Notes under the pieces: model-generated
Database searches by the model: none
What the model saw: the letters and a program-made list of their open reading frames with translations, nothing else
Told to the model about the DNA's origin: nothing
Shown here: positions 40,319-49,495 of the stretch, piece by piece
Numbering within the stretch: the first letter of the stretch is position 1
Layout: each line of letters begins with the position of its first letter
Translations under genes and position numbers: made by a program
Assembly (NCBI GenBank): GCA_031422435.1
Contig: JANPLU010000079.1
Location: 1-54,230, forward strand
Length of the DNA stretch: 54,230 nucleotides
Direction: 5' to 3'
DNA from: Acaryochloridaceae cyanobacterium VAR_48_metabat_390
GTDB lineage: Bacteria > Cyanobacteriota > Cyanobacteriia > Thermosynechococcales > Thermosynechococcaceae

Positions 40319-41887
40319 TTAAGCCTGAACTAATTCTCGGGCATCCCGCTCTATTGGAGCCGTCAGTGCCGATTCTAAATCAGCACAGCCAAAGCGTGCC
40401 TCTAGAATCCGCATGACTTCTCGCCCAAAATCGTTAGGGTTTTGTTGCCATGCTTCAAGGCAAACCTCACCAAACATAGAGCCAAGCGGCTCAGGATTCC
40501 ACAGCAGTTTTCTCACCGTCCAGGGTTTGACGTTCATCGGGTCATACCCAGGCCGAATCATGTTGTGTTTGAACGCGTATTCTTCTAAATGCGTGTGGGG
40601 CTGTAGGCCAATAAAGAAGATGGCAGGCTCTACCTTATCTGCCCCAAAAATGCGCTCTAACTCACGGTGGTAGGCGATGGTCTGGCGAATCGTTTCAGGG
40701 CGCTCATCTATGACGTTAAAAGAGTAGTTAACCGAGACGAGATCGTTAAAGCCAGCCTTTTTAAGATCGCGGCAGTTTTCTAGCACGGTTCTGAGGTTGT
40801 AGCCCATGCGCATCTTGCGCACCAGTTCTTGAGAGCCGCTGGTAATGCCAATCTCAAAGTAGTTCATCCCCGTTTTAACCATGAGGTCGCACAGTTCTGG
40901 GGTCAAATTGTCGGCGCGGATATAGGCCGCCCAGTGAATGTCGTCCATCCCAGCCGCCAAGATTTTTTGCAGTAGCTCTACTGCATCGGCAATATACTTA
41001 CGCGCCGGAATAAACTGGGCATCGGTAAACCAGAAGTTGCGGATCCCGCGATCATAGAGCTGCCGAATTTCTGCCACCACTTCATCGGCGGGGTTAATGC
41101 GCACCTGCTTGCCTTCGATGACGGTATAGATGCAGTAGCAGCAGTTGTGGGGGCAGCCTCGCTTAGTTTGTACCCCTACATAGAAGTCTCGATCTTGTAG
41201 ATAATACTCAAACTCCGGCCAGATTTTCTCGACATAGCGGTAGTCACAGGCCGATTTTTCAATGGGAGCAGGGAATTCATGAATCATGCGATCTCGGGGT
41301 TTTGTTTCGCCCACCACAAAGCACCGCTCATTCGCAAAATTTTCGCCCCGCAGTAGTTTCTCCATCAGCGCTTCACCTTCGCCCACAGAGACAATCGTGC
41401 CCTTGGGCAATGTGCTGGCAACCTGCTCATAAAACACGCTGACCGCACCGCCACCCACCACCGTCCGTAGGTTAGCGCTGTAGCGCTTTGCTCGCGCAAT
41501 CCCGGACTTGATCAGCCCTAAATTGCGCCACAGCTCGCCGTAGTAGCCACTGGCAATGCGCAGCAGCCCCACTGCACCCTTTGCCTTCAAAAGCAGATTT
41601 CGCGCGTAGAAAAACTCAAACGTATACTGAAGCGGGTTGCCGCCCCGTCCCCCGACTGGCGCATAGATTTGAATGTCTCGCCAAGAAAACACCAAAACAT
41701 CAGGCCGAAATTCGTCAATGCATCGCTCTAGCGCGGACGTGAAGTCTAGGGGCGGCACCGTGCCCAAGTCAAAAATTCGCTGTGCCGCCTGGGGAAAGCA
41801 TTTGTGGACATGATCTGCCAAGTACACCACCCCAATGGGGAAAATGGGGTTACAAGGTAGGCGAACGTAAAGAATGCGGGCGTCCAT
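40319..41887 (-). CDS. B12-binding-type radical SAM protein (PSII high-light acclimation family, slr0320-like)
   Basis: RILYVRLPCNPIFPIG; RGCPHNCCYC CxxxCxxC; FWFTD. Confidence 0.9.
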   Translation of the reverse strand: MDARILYVRLPCNPIFPIGVVYLADHVHKCFPQAAQRIFDLGTVPPLDFTSALERCIDEFRPDVLVFSWRDIQIYAPVGGRGGNPLQYTFEFFYARNLLLKAKGAVGLLRIASGYYGELWRNLGLIKSGIARAKRYSANLRTVVGGGAVSVFYEQVASTLPKGTIVSVGEGEALMEKLLRGENFANERCFVVGETKPRDRMIHEFPAPIEKSACDYRYVEKIWPEFEYYLQDRDFYVGVQTKRGCPHNCCYCIYTVIEGKQVRINPADEVVAEIRQLYDRGIRNFWFTDAQFIPARKYIADAVELLQKILAAGMDDIHWAAYIRADNLTPELCDLMVKTGMNYFEIGITSGSQELVRKMRMGYNLRTVLENCRDLKKAGFNDLVSVNYSFNVIDERPETIRQTIAYHRELERIFGADKVEPAIFFIGLQPHTHLEEYAFKHNMIRPGYDPMNVKPWTVRKLLWNPEPLGSMFGEVCLEAWQQNPNDFGREVMRILEARFGCADLESALTAPIERDARELVQA

Positions 41888-42355
41888 GCTGCTTAACCGC
41901 CTTTAGACCAGCGGCAGAATAAATATTTCTTAACACTCTCTCATTCTATAGCAGTCCCCCAGAAGCAGACGCCTCAGGAGCCTTCTCTCTGTCATTTTCT
42001 CGAAATGGAAGGCTTCTGGCGCCACCCCGTTACACATCTTAGACATAGGCCATTGCAAGAGCTTTCTAGGAACTGATCCCCTGTCGACAGCGACAATAAA
42101 GCAATGAATATTAAGGTTCGCTATGGAGCCAAGAAACTGAGCCTAAAATACAGGCTGGTACGTATGGACGCAAGTCGTACGCGTAAACTTACGTCTACCT
42201 CTATACTTCTGCGGAGATTGGGCAATCTAAGTATTAAGCAAAGATTATTTTTCCCGAAAGAAATCAGATGGTAGTCACCTTTACAACAGTCAGGGATCAG
42301 GAGTGTTAGCTTCATGAGTAAGCATCAGGTAATATTACAAAGTTCTGGTATAGTC

Positions 42356-42763
42356 ATGGCTCAGCTCATTGATCCCGTCCCTTCTAATACCTCAGATTTA
42401 ATTTGCTGCTGTTACATTAATTCAACTAGCAAAATTCAGGTTGCCAGAATCACAAACATTCCGAACTGGTATTTTGAGCGCGTTGTCTTTCCCAGTCAGC
42501 GTTTGCTCTTTGAAGCTTTGCCTGAAGGACAGTTGGAAATTCATACGGGCATGATGGCCAGCTCAATCTTGTCAGATACGATTCCCTGTGTACAGATTCA
42601 GATTACGGATGATGATGTGATGGAGCCAGCCTACACCCATGCGGATGAGCGACGCCGCGAAGCGAGAAATGAAGGTCATGCTCAAAAGCAGGCTCAAGTT
42701 AGTGGCTCTCTTGAGGGTTTTTCTTCAGGACCATTAAAGTTTGAACTGGCTCAAGTTCATTGA
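42356..42763 (+). CDS. DUF1830 domain protein
   Basis: CCYINSTSKIQVARITNIPNWYFERVVFP.QRLLFEA...LEIH...DTIPC; ATG 42356. Confidence 0.88.
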   Translation: MAQLIDPVPSNTSDLICCCYINSTSKIQVARITNIPNWYFERVVFPSQRLLFEALPEGQLEIHTGMMASSILSDTIPCVQIQITDDDVMEPAYTHADERRREARNEGHAQKQAQVSGSLEGFSSGPLKFELAQVH

Positions 42764-42907
42764 CTTTTACAGCTCAATTTCGTTGAGTAGGCCTCAAAAA
42801 TAGTCTTTTAGTTAAATCTGATTTTTCTCATAAACGCTAACTTTCTAAGTCCCAATTTTTAAGATCAATCTTTTTAAATCAACTTTTTGGCAGCATCATT
42901 ATTTTCC

Positions 42908-43972
42908 TTATCGATAGACAAAGAGTGGCGGCGGGGGCGGTAGCATAGGACGCCAAACGGATGAATATCCTGCTGTGTAGGTTTCTTTTGCACCTCGTAT
43001 GTAGCCCACGGGCACCTTTTTGCGAGGAACGGCAATCGGCGTAAGGCTAGACTTTAGACTTGTTGAAGCGGTGATCGCCCGATCCAATCCTGACACCACT
43101 CTACTTTTAGTCACTATCAGAACCCTAAAGCCTTTGCGGGTTAAGTTTGTCTTCAGTGATTCTGCTTTGGCGCGATCGCTAAAGGTGCCCACCTGCATCA
43201 CGGACTGACCTTGATGGGATACTCGAAATGCACTCGGCTGCTGGGCGCGAACCTTAGCTTGCTGAGCCGCGCTTGAGGTCATCACCATGACGGCATAGGA
43301 AAAACGTCCATCAGAAGAGGAGGAAGAGGAAGCAAATACAGAGTGGCTTGGGCTTGGGAATACTTGTTTAGGGGTCTTGGAGACTTTCTCAATTCGACTC
43401 GTTGCCATTTGATAAGTAGGCGCGGTATCTCGACTAAAGTAAATATGCCCAAGCGGCTTTCCGCCATAGGTTCGCTTGGCAAAACGCCATCCAGGATTGA
43501 GATCAATTTTTAGAAAGCCTGACCGAATTCCGTGGGTACGGCCTAGCTGGATGGTCTTGCCGCTGTTTCCTGAACGAGTAGAAAGCCCCAGCAGCACCAC
43601 ATCATTTTTTTGTTTTTGAAGGCTGAGCTGGTACTTTAGCCCTAAATCTTGACCCGCCGCACGAATGGAGTACCCGTTGCTGTCCATGCTGCGTCCACAA
43701 ATTTTGGTGAAGTTGAAGTTCAGCAGCAGTGGTTCAACACGGGTAGGGCTTGATCCACTTTCTCGCCAGCACGGTTTCTCATTAGACCGCTGCTCTAGGA
43801 CGAGAAGAGTATAATAGCCCGACGCACGAGGGACGGCGATCGCCACAAATTTCCTCTGGTTCACCTCTGTCTGCCCAAAAGTGACGGCAGGGGATGGCGT
43901 CGTCATAAACCCTAAAAATAATGCTACAACTCCGGCGGATACGCGCCAGGTTAACGAATTAGCTTGATTCAT
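42908..43972 (-). CDS. Secreted DUF3747 protein with C-terminal SPOR-like domain
   Basis: Signal peptide; LLVLEQ...CW.E.G, PLLLNFNFTKICGRS.DSNGYSIR, GWRFAKRTY.GK.LGH; later MQVGTFSDRAKAE. Confidence 0.82.
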   Translation of the reverse strand: MNQANSLTWRVSAGVVALFLGFMTTPSPAVTFGQTEVNQRKFVAIAVPRASGYYTLLVLEQRSNEKPCWRESGSSPTRVEPLLLNFNFTKICGRSMDSNGYSIRAAGQDLGLKYQLSLQKQKNDVVLLGLSTRSGNSGKTIQLGRTHGIRSGFLKIDLNPGWRFAKRTYGGKPLGHIYFSRDTAPTYQMATSRIEKVSKTPKQVFPSPSHSVFASSSSSSDGRFSYAVMVMTSSAAQQAKVRAQQPSAFRVSHQGQSVMQVGTFSDRAKAESLKTNLTRKGFRVLIVTKSRVVSGLDRAITASTSLKSSLTPIAVPRKKVPVGYIRGAKETYTAGYSSVWRPMLPPPPPLFVYR

Positions 43973-44085
43973 CCTGAATCCTCACACCATTAGAATCGCG
44001 CAGTTGCCGAAGCAAAGGTATTGCCTGTCTGCATAGACCATAAAACCATGCATTTAGGCCGTATTGTCAATGTTCTTGCACCGAT

Positions 44086-44853
44086 TTAGTAGGAGTATGG
44101 GTTTTTCGGTTCTGGAATCGGCTGAATGGCATTGGCTTCAATCACCGCCTGACGCTTGCCATTGAGTGTTTCGGTAATCATTTTGCCCTGAATTTTAAAC
44201 CAGACATCGGCAGGGACTTCACTTTTAGACTGCGTCAACTTCACAGGCAAGCCGACGGGATAGGCATCCGCTGCACAGCAGGTGATCACAAATCGTGTGA
44301 GGGTTAGGTAGCCCTGAGGCAGATTTTTGGTGTACACCGCGAAGCCATCCACGCTAACCTTTTGACCCGCATAGGCATCGGGTTCTGGATATACATCCAA
44401 GGTACGAATCCAATCAATCAGCGATCGCGACTCTGAAGACCGATTGACGCGAAATGACTGAGGCCTAACCCGCGTCACAATGGCGCTATCCTGAAGCCCG
44501 CGCTGAATGGCTGTGTCGCTGGTAAAGGGTTTGGGCGCCACTAAAAATCCCACTATGGCAGCAAACAGCAAAATTCCACTCATTAGCAGTGGCGGTAGTA
44601 AGGTTTGGTGCTGCTCCCGCGCCTCTGTCTGCCGCTGCCTTGCCATGCGGATGATGTTGAAGCTAGAGATCGTCAACAGCACGAAGCCTGCCGTAATGCT
44701 GAGGCCAAAGTAATTGGGATGAATGAGCAACCCTAACTTACCGGATCTCCAGTAGTACAGAAAGAGGGCACCCCATAGACCCAAGGCAAAGGTATGCAGC
44801 CACTCTGGGAGTTTTGACCACTGCTGGCGTGATATGGAAGAGGTTGGATTCAT
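44086..44853 (-). CDS. TIGR03943/DUF1980 family putative permease subunit
   Basis: LLIHP, DWIRTL..YPEPDAYAGQ, RFVITCCAADAYP, P.PKNPY. Confidence 0.88.
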   Translation of the reverse strand: MNPTSSISRQQWSKLPEWLHTFALGLWGALFLYYWRSGKLGLLIHPNYFGLSITAGFVLLTISSFNIIRMARQRQTEAREQHQTLLPPLLMSGILLFAAIVGFLVAPKPFTSDTAIQRGLQDSAIVTRVRPQSFRVNRSSESRSLIDWIRTLDVYPEPDAYAGQKVSVDGFAVYTKNLPQGYLTLTRFVITCCAADAYPVGLPVKLTQSKSEVPADVWFKIQGKMITETLNGKRQAVIEANAIQPIPEPKNPYSY

Positions 44854-44906
44854 GGCATCTCAATCCTGGGTAGAGGGCACCATTGCTGAGGCAAACTTGG
44901 CGATCG

Positions 44907-45923
44907 CTAACTAATGTGTAAATTCATAAACAGCGTCAAGATCAGGGTGAGCTGCACAATCAGCACAACCAAATAAATCATGGCGCGGGGGCGAAAAATC
45001 GTTAGCAGCAGCCCTAAGCTCTTAAGGTCAAACATAGGGCCAAACACTAGAAAAGCTAAAATCGCGCCGCTGGTGAAGGTAGTAGCAAAAGAAAGGGCAA
45101 AAAACGAATCGACCGTTGAGCAAATGGAAATCACGCCACCTAAGACCAGCATGGCAACGACAGACGTGACGGGGCCTTGCCCAATGCTCAAAACCCATTC
45201 GCGGGGGACTGCCACCTGAATCACGGCGGCGAGCAGGCTCCCCAGCACCAAAATGCCGCCTAACTCTCGTAGTTCCTGCACCATATTTTCGAGCAGGAGC
45301 GGCAGGCGATCTTTCCAAGGGATGTTGGGTTTAGGGCGGGGACGATTGACGGCTGCGGCTGCAGCCGCATCAAAAGCGACTGGCTGACCGGGCTGACCGA
45401 GCAAAAAGGTCCCAGTCTGGAGCAGGGCTGGGGTATCAGACAGAATGGGCTGCACCAAAACATCCGGTATCCACCGAGATAGCGCAGGCTGCAAGAAGGG
45501 TCGCATATCTTTCTGGATGCTAAAAATACAGGCGACAGTGGTAGAAATAATGAGCGAAAACACGACCCGCAGCACCACAATTTCTGGCTGATCGCGGAAC
45601 GCGGTCCAGGTGGCCCAGACCACTACGGGGTTAATAGTGGGTGCTGCTAATAAAAACCCGATCGCCACTGGAACTGACACCCCCTGCATCAGGAGGCGAC
45701 GCGCAACGGGCACATTACCACACTCACAGACTGGAAATAGAAAACCCAGCATACTCCCTGATAGTGCGCCCAAAAATGGATTTTTGGGCATGAGGGCAAT
45801 GAGGCGCTGCTCGTCTACAAATAGCAGCAGTACGCTTGAGACCAGCACCCCCAGTAGCAAAAAGGGAATGGCCTCCACAATAAGGCTCAGAAAGAGGGTA
45901 AACCCACTATTGAATTGAGACAT
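44907..45923 (-). CDS. DUF318/ArsP_1-family permease
   Basis: EAIPFLLLG, PVCECGNVP, LLAAPTINP, SICSTVD, GPMFDLK. Confidence 0.9.
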   Translation of the reverse strand: MSQFNSGFTLFLSLIVEAIPFLLLGVLVSSVLLLFVDEQRLIALMPKNPFLGALSGSMLGFLFPVCECGNVPVARRLLMQGVSVPVAIGFLLAAPTINPVVVWATWTAFRDQPEIVVLRVVFSLIISTTVACIFSIQKDMRPFLQPALSRWIPDVLVQPILSDTPALLQTGTFLLGQPGQPVAFDAAAAAAVNRPRPKPNIPWKDRLPLLLENMVQELRELGGILVLGSLLAAVIQVAVPREWVLSIGQGPVTSVVAMLVLGGVISICSTVDSFFALSFATTFTSGAILAFLVFGPMFDLKSLGLLLTIFRPRAMIYLVVLIVQLTLILTLFMNLHIS

Positions 45924-46133
45924 GCGACCCGTTTATGGTGAAACCCGTTGGAATTGAACCGCCAAACCCGAACTGTTTTGATAGCCCAAGGCTTAAGTTG
46001 CGTTTATCCACGTCAATCATAAAACTTTACGCCTGAATCATCTGCGCTTTTCATCAAGTTGAAGATGCACCCTCAGTCTTAGACTCGACATAATGGAGAA
46101 GAGCTTTTAACCGTTACACCTTGAGAAAGACCT

Positions 46134-47060
46134 GTGGATATCAGTGCAGCGCTGCCTACCTTTGTTATTACCTTACGAGAAGGCGTCGAAGCAGCCCTAG
46201 TCGTCGGCATCGTTCTGGCACTCATTCAGAAAGCACAGCAGCCTCAGCTTAAGCCTTGGGTGTATTTTGGCCTAGTCTCAGGGTTAGTAGGGAGCATTCT
46301 TATCGGAGTAGCACTGAGTACCCTGCTTCAAAGTTTGCAGGCATCCGAGCAGCCCTACGCCTCAATTCTGCTGCCATTTCTCAAGTTGAGCTTTAGTTTA
46401 GTGGCGATCGCCATGTTGACCTGGATGCTGATCTGGATGACCCAGCAGGCACGCACCGCCAAAGCCGAGATTGAGGGTTCGGTGACGCAAATTATCGCAG
46501 CGGACGGGAAGTCTGAATGGGGTATCTGGACGCTCGTTTTTGTGGCAGTTCTGCGGGAAGGTATTGAAACCGCGCTGTTTATTGTGGCTCAGATCCAGAG
46601 CGGCTGGGCTTCTATTGTGGGGGCGATCGCAGGTCTTACAGGCGCAACAGGAATCGGCTGGGCACTCTTTGCCCTCGGCATCCGCATTAACCTGAAGCAG
46701 TTTTTTCAGGCCATGGGAATATTTTTGCTGCTGATTGTGGGCGGGCTGGTCATCGGCGCAGCCAAACAGCTCGATGCGGCCCTCATGACGCTCAATCCCT
46801 TAGTGGTTCCTAACCTGTGCCCTATCTCTGGAGATTCCTGCATTTTAGGGTCGCTACTGTGGGATGCACACTTAGTTTTGCCAGATAAGCAGTTCCCTGG
46901 CATTTTGCTAAAGACCTTTTTGGGGTACCGCGATCGCCTCTTTCTAGGGCAAGTTGTTGCCTACCTTACTTTTATGACAATGGCAGGCACCCTCTACTGG
47001 CGTAGCCTAAGCACACCTAAACCTGCTGCCACCTCTACCTTTTCACAAGAAAACCCCTAG
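46134..47060 (+). CDS. FTR1/EfeU-family iron permease
   Basis: Two RExxE motifs (REGVE, REGIE); multi-TM. Confidence 0.92.
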   Translation: MDISAALPTFVITLREGVEAALVVGIVLALIQKAQQPQLKPWVYFGLVSGLVGSILIGVALSTLLQSLQASEQPYASILLPFLKLSFSLVAIAMLTWMLIWMTQQARTAKAEIEGSVTQIIAADGKSEWGIWTLVFVAVLREGIETALFIVAQIQSGWASIVGAIAGLTGATGIGWALFALGIRINLKQFFQAMGIFLLLIVGGLVIGAAKQLDAALMTLNPLVVPNLCPISGDSCILGSLLWDAHLVLPDKQFPGILLKTFLGYRDRLFLGQVVAYLTFMTMAGTLYWRSLSTPKPAATSTFSQENP

Positions 47061-47181
47061 CTTAATAGACACCTAACGATTAATTCGCTAGGCTAACCTA
47101 ACGAACCAACGCTGTGGCGCATCAAATAGGGGTGAAATGGCTTATCAACTACCTCATGATGCCCATCTCAAAAGCAGTTGG

Positions 47182-47223
47182 TTCTTTTCTCGCAAAATAT
47201 TTTTCTTTTCTCGCAAAATATTT
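47182..47223 (+). repeat. Perfect 21-bp tandem duplication
   Basis: TTCTTTTCTCGCAAAATATTT at 47182-47202 and 47203-47223. Confidence 0.9.
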
Positions 47224-47249
47224 AGTATAAATACTTAGCATTCATTCCT

Positions 47250-47726
47250 CTAAAGCTGTAGCCGCGCCGTCAGCGCCACGCCTAGGGCATCAGCCGCGTC
47301 ATCCGGTTTGGGAATAGCGTCTAGTTTTAATTCCCGTGCCACGGCCTCTTGTACCGCATTTTTATCAGCGTTGCCGTAGCCTGTGAGCGCCTGTTTGATT
47401 TGAGCAGGGGTGAATTCCATCAGAGGAATTTTATGTTGAGCAATCACAAGGGCAACGACCCCACGGGCTTGAGCCACTAAAATAATGTTGCCCATTCGAT
47501 AAAAAAACAGCTTTTCTAGGGCAATTAAATCAGGCTGAATCTGCTCAATAACGGTATTAAGGTCTTCGTAGATGGTACAAAGGCGATCGCCGATGGGGGT
47601 TTTAGCCTGCGTTTGGATAATGCCAAAGTCGATCAGCTCCGGCGTTTGGTCGGGCGTGGACTGAGATAGGGCGATCGCGCCATAGCCGAGCGAGGCCAAC
47701 CCTGGGTCTAAACCAAGAATACGGAT
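47250..47726 (-). CDS. ruvC: Holliday junction resolvase, probable non-canonical ATC start
   Basis: Frame extends upstream of the track start as [16 protein letters not shown]; also [28 protein letters not shown]. Confidence 0.93.
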   Translation of the reverse strand: MRILGLDPGLASLGYGAIALSQSTPDQTPELIDFGIIQTQAKTPIGDRLCTIYEDLNTVIEQIQPDLIALEKLFFYRMGNIILVAQARGVVALVIAQHKIPLMEFTPAQIKQALTGYGNADKNAVQEAVARELKLDAIPKPDDAADALGVALTARLQL

Positions 47727-47852
47727 AAGAACAACCTTCAGCGAGATAGAAAGGGTCTTTATAATAAGTTAAGGCTGACCCTACAGATTGCTTTTTTGTG
47801 GTTTCGTGCGATATTTTCTTTACGTCTCTAGCGTCTAACGGACATTGCGCCC

Positions 47853-48455
47853 ATGCTTCCTGCTGCTGAACCCTTCATGGCCTTCTACTTTTGGGCTTAT
47901 CCCGCCGCTTTTTGGCCCATGCTGCCCTTAGATAGCCTCATGTCTACTCAAGGCGTAATGGTGATGCTGCTGGTCGCCTACGCGGGGGCGATGTGGATGT
48001 TTTTGTCGAGCGCACCCAAGGTTCACACCCTAATGGTGTCGGATCTAGAAATTGCGCGACAGTTTTATGAGGGCGACCTTCAGCTTTTGGCGGCAGAAGT
48101 GCCATTGCACTACTACTACAACTACGAGCAGACCCTAGGGCTTTCGACCGTAGACCCTATTTATATGCCGACTACTCTTTCGGGCGCTGCCACTCAAATG
48201 GGCGGCGCTGGAGCGGCAGATGGGCTATGGTATCAGCTCAAAAAAAATGTGCAGCTTCACGTCATTGGGGGAGCCAGCCTGGGCGACAAAAATCAGCAGC
48301 GTCACGTTTGCTTTGACCATGCGTGTTTAGAGCAGATTTTGCTGCGGGTGCAAAGCCGCTACGTTAAGTTCAAAATCCGGCGCGAAGACCCGCTTAATTT
48401 TTTGGTCAAGACCTATGAGGGGCTGGTCATTGAAATGTCAGAAGTGTCAAATTAG
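47853..48455 (+). CDS. Glyoxalase-like (VOC) domain protein, conserved in cyanobacteria
   Basis: VHTLMVSDLEIARQFYE, GLWYQL, QLHVI, RHVCF; N-terminal TM. Confidence 0.8.
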   Translation: MLPAAEPFMAFYFWAYPAAFWPMLPLDSLMSTQGVMVMLLVAYAGAMWMFLSSAPKVHTLMVSDLEIARQFYEGDLQLLAAEVPLHYYYNYEQTLGLSTVDPIYMPTTLSGAATQMGGAGAADGLWYQLKKNVQLHVIGGASLGDKNQQRHVCFDHACLEQILLRVQSRYVKFKIRREDPLNFLVKTYEGLVIEMSEVSN

Positions 48456-48509
48456 GGAGGTGCAGGGCACGGACAGGTATAATACAGCCCGAACCTTTGC
48501 CTGAGATCC

Positions 48510-49346
48510 GTGATGTCTTTGACCTGGCAGCCCGTTAAAGTTTACGACGATATTTTGTATTACAAAGCTGATGGCGTTGCCAAAATTGTCATCAATCGAC
48601 CTGAGAAGCGCAATGCGTTTCGGCCTAAAACGGTATTTGAGCTGTACGAAGCATTTATTGATGCCAGAGAAGACCCCTCCATTGGGGTGATTCTGCTGAC
48701 GGGGGCAGGCCCTCATACCGATGGCAAGTATGCCTTTTGCTCTGGCGGCGATCAAAGTATTCGCGGTGACGCAGGCTATGTGGGCGAAGATGGGGTTCCG
48801 CGCCTCAACGTGCTGGATCTTCAGCGGCTGATTCGCTCCATCCCCAAGGTGGTGATTGCGCTGGTGGCGGGCTATGCGATCGGGGGTGGGCATGTCTTGC
48901 ATCTGATCTGCGATCTTTCTATTGCGGCGGACAACGCAATATTTGGACAGACGGGACCTAAGGTGGGGAGTTTTGATGCAGGGTTTGGGGCAGGCTACTT
49001 AGCCAGAGTGGTTGGGCAAAAGAAGGCGCGGGAAATCTGGTTTTTGTGTCGGCAGTATTCGGCTCAAGAAGCGCTGGAGATGGGTCTAGTCAATACGGTC
49101 GTGCCCGTAGCACAGCTCGAGGGAGAAGGTATTCAGTGGGCGCAGGAGATTTTGCAAAAGAGTCCTCTGGCAATTCGCTGCCTCAAAGCTGCGTTTAATG
49201 CAGACTGCGACGGACAGGCGGGGATTCAGGAACTGGCGGGGAATGCCACAATGCTTTACTACATGGTGCAAGAAAGTGCCGAGGGCAAAAATGCGTTTCT
49301 AGAAAAGCGCGATCCTGACTTTCGACAGTTCCCTTGGCTGCCGTAG
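48510..49346 (+). CDS. menB: 1,4-dihydroxy-2-naphthoyl-CoA synthase
   Basis: [44 protein letters not shown]. Confidence 0.97.
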   Translation: MMSLTWQPVKVYDDILYYKADGVAKIVINRPEKRNAFRPKTVFELYEAFIDAREDPSIGVILLTGAGPHTDGKYAFCSGGDQSIRGDAGYVGEDGVPRLNVLDLQRLIRSIPKVVIALVAGYAIGGGHVLHLICDLSIAADNAIFGQTGPKVGSFDAGFGAGYLARVVGQKKAREIWFLCRQYSAQEALEMGLVNTVVPVAQLEGEGIQWAQEILQKSPLAIRCLKAAFNADCDGQAGIQELAGNATMLYYMVQESAEGKNAFLEKRDPDFRQFPWLP

Positions 49347-49495
49347 ATTCAATCTCCGAGGAATGCGTAAGGACATCCATTTGGGGTACACCCCATCCTA
49401 TGGATTGCGCTATTTCAAGCTATTTCGGATCTCAAGCAAGCTTACTAACCTAAAAAATGAGCGTATTATAAAGATTAAGAAACTGAGGTATCGCA

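Noticed and set aside
45936..46011. tRNA-like 3' end on the minus strand (GGTTCAATTCC...CACCA)
   Set aside because: The T-stem has two mismatches, and I could not form an acceptor-stem partner, D-arm or anticodon arm; probably chance, and tRNAscan-SE or ARAGORN would settle it
49377..49407. Hairpin TGGGGT-AC-ACCCCA after menB as an ncRNA or riboswitch
   Set aside because: Short stem with no U-tract or recognisable aptamer; at most a transcript-stability element
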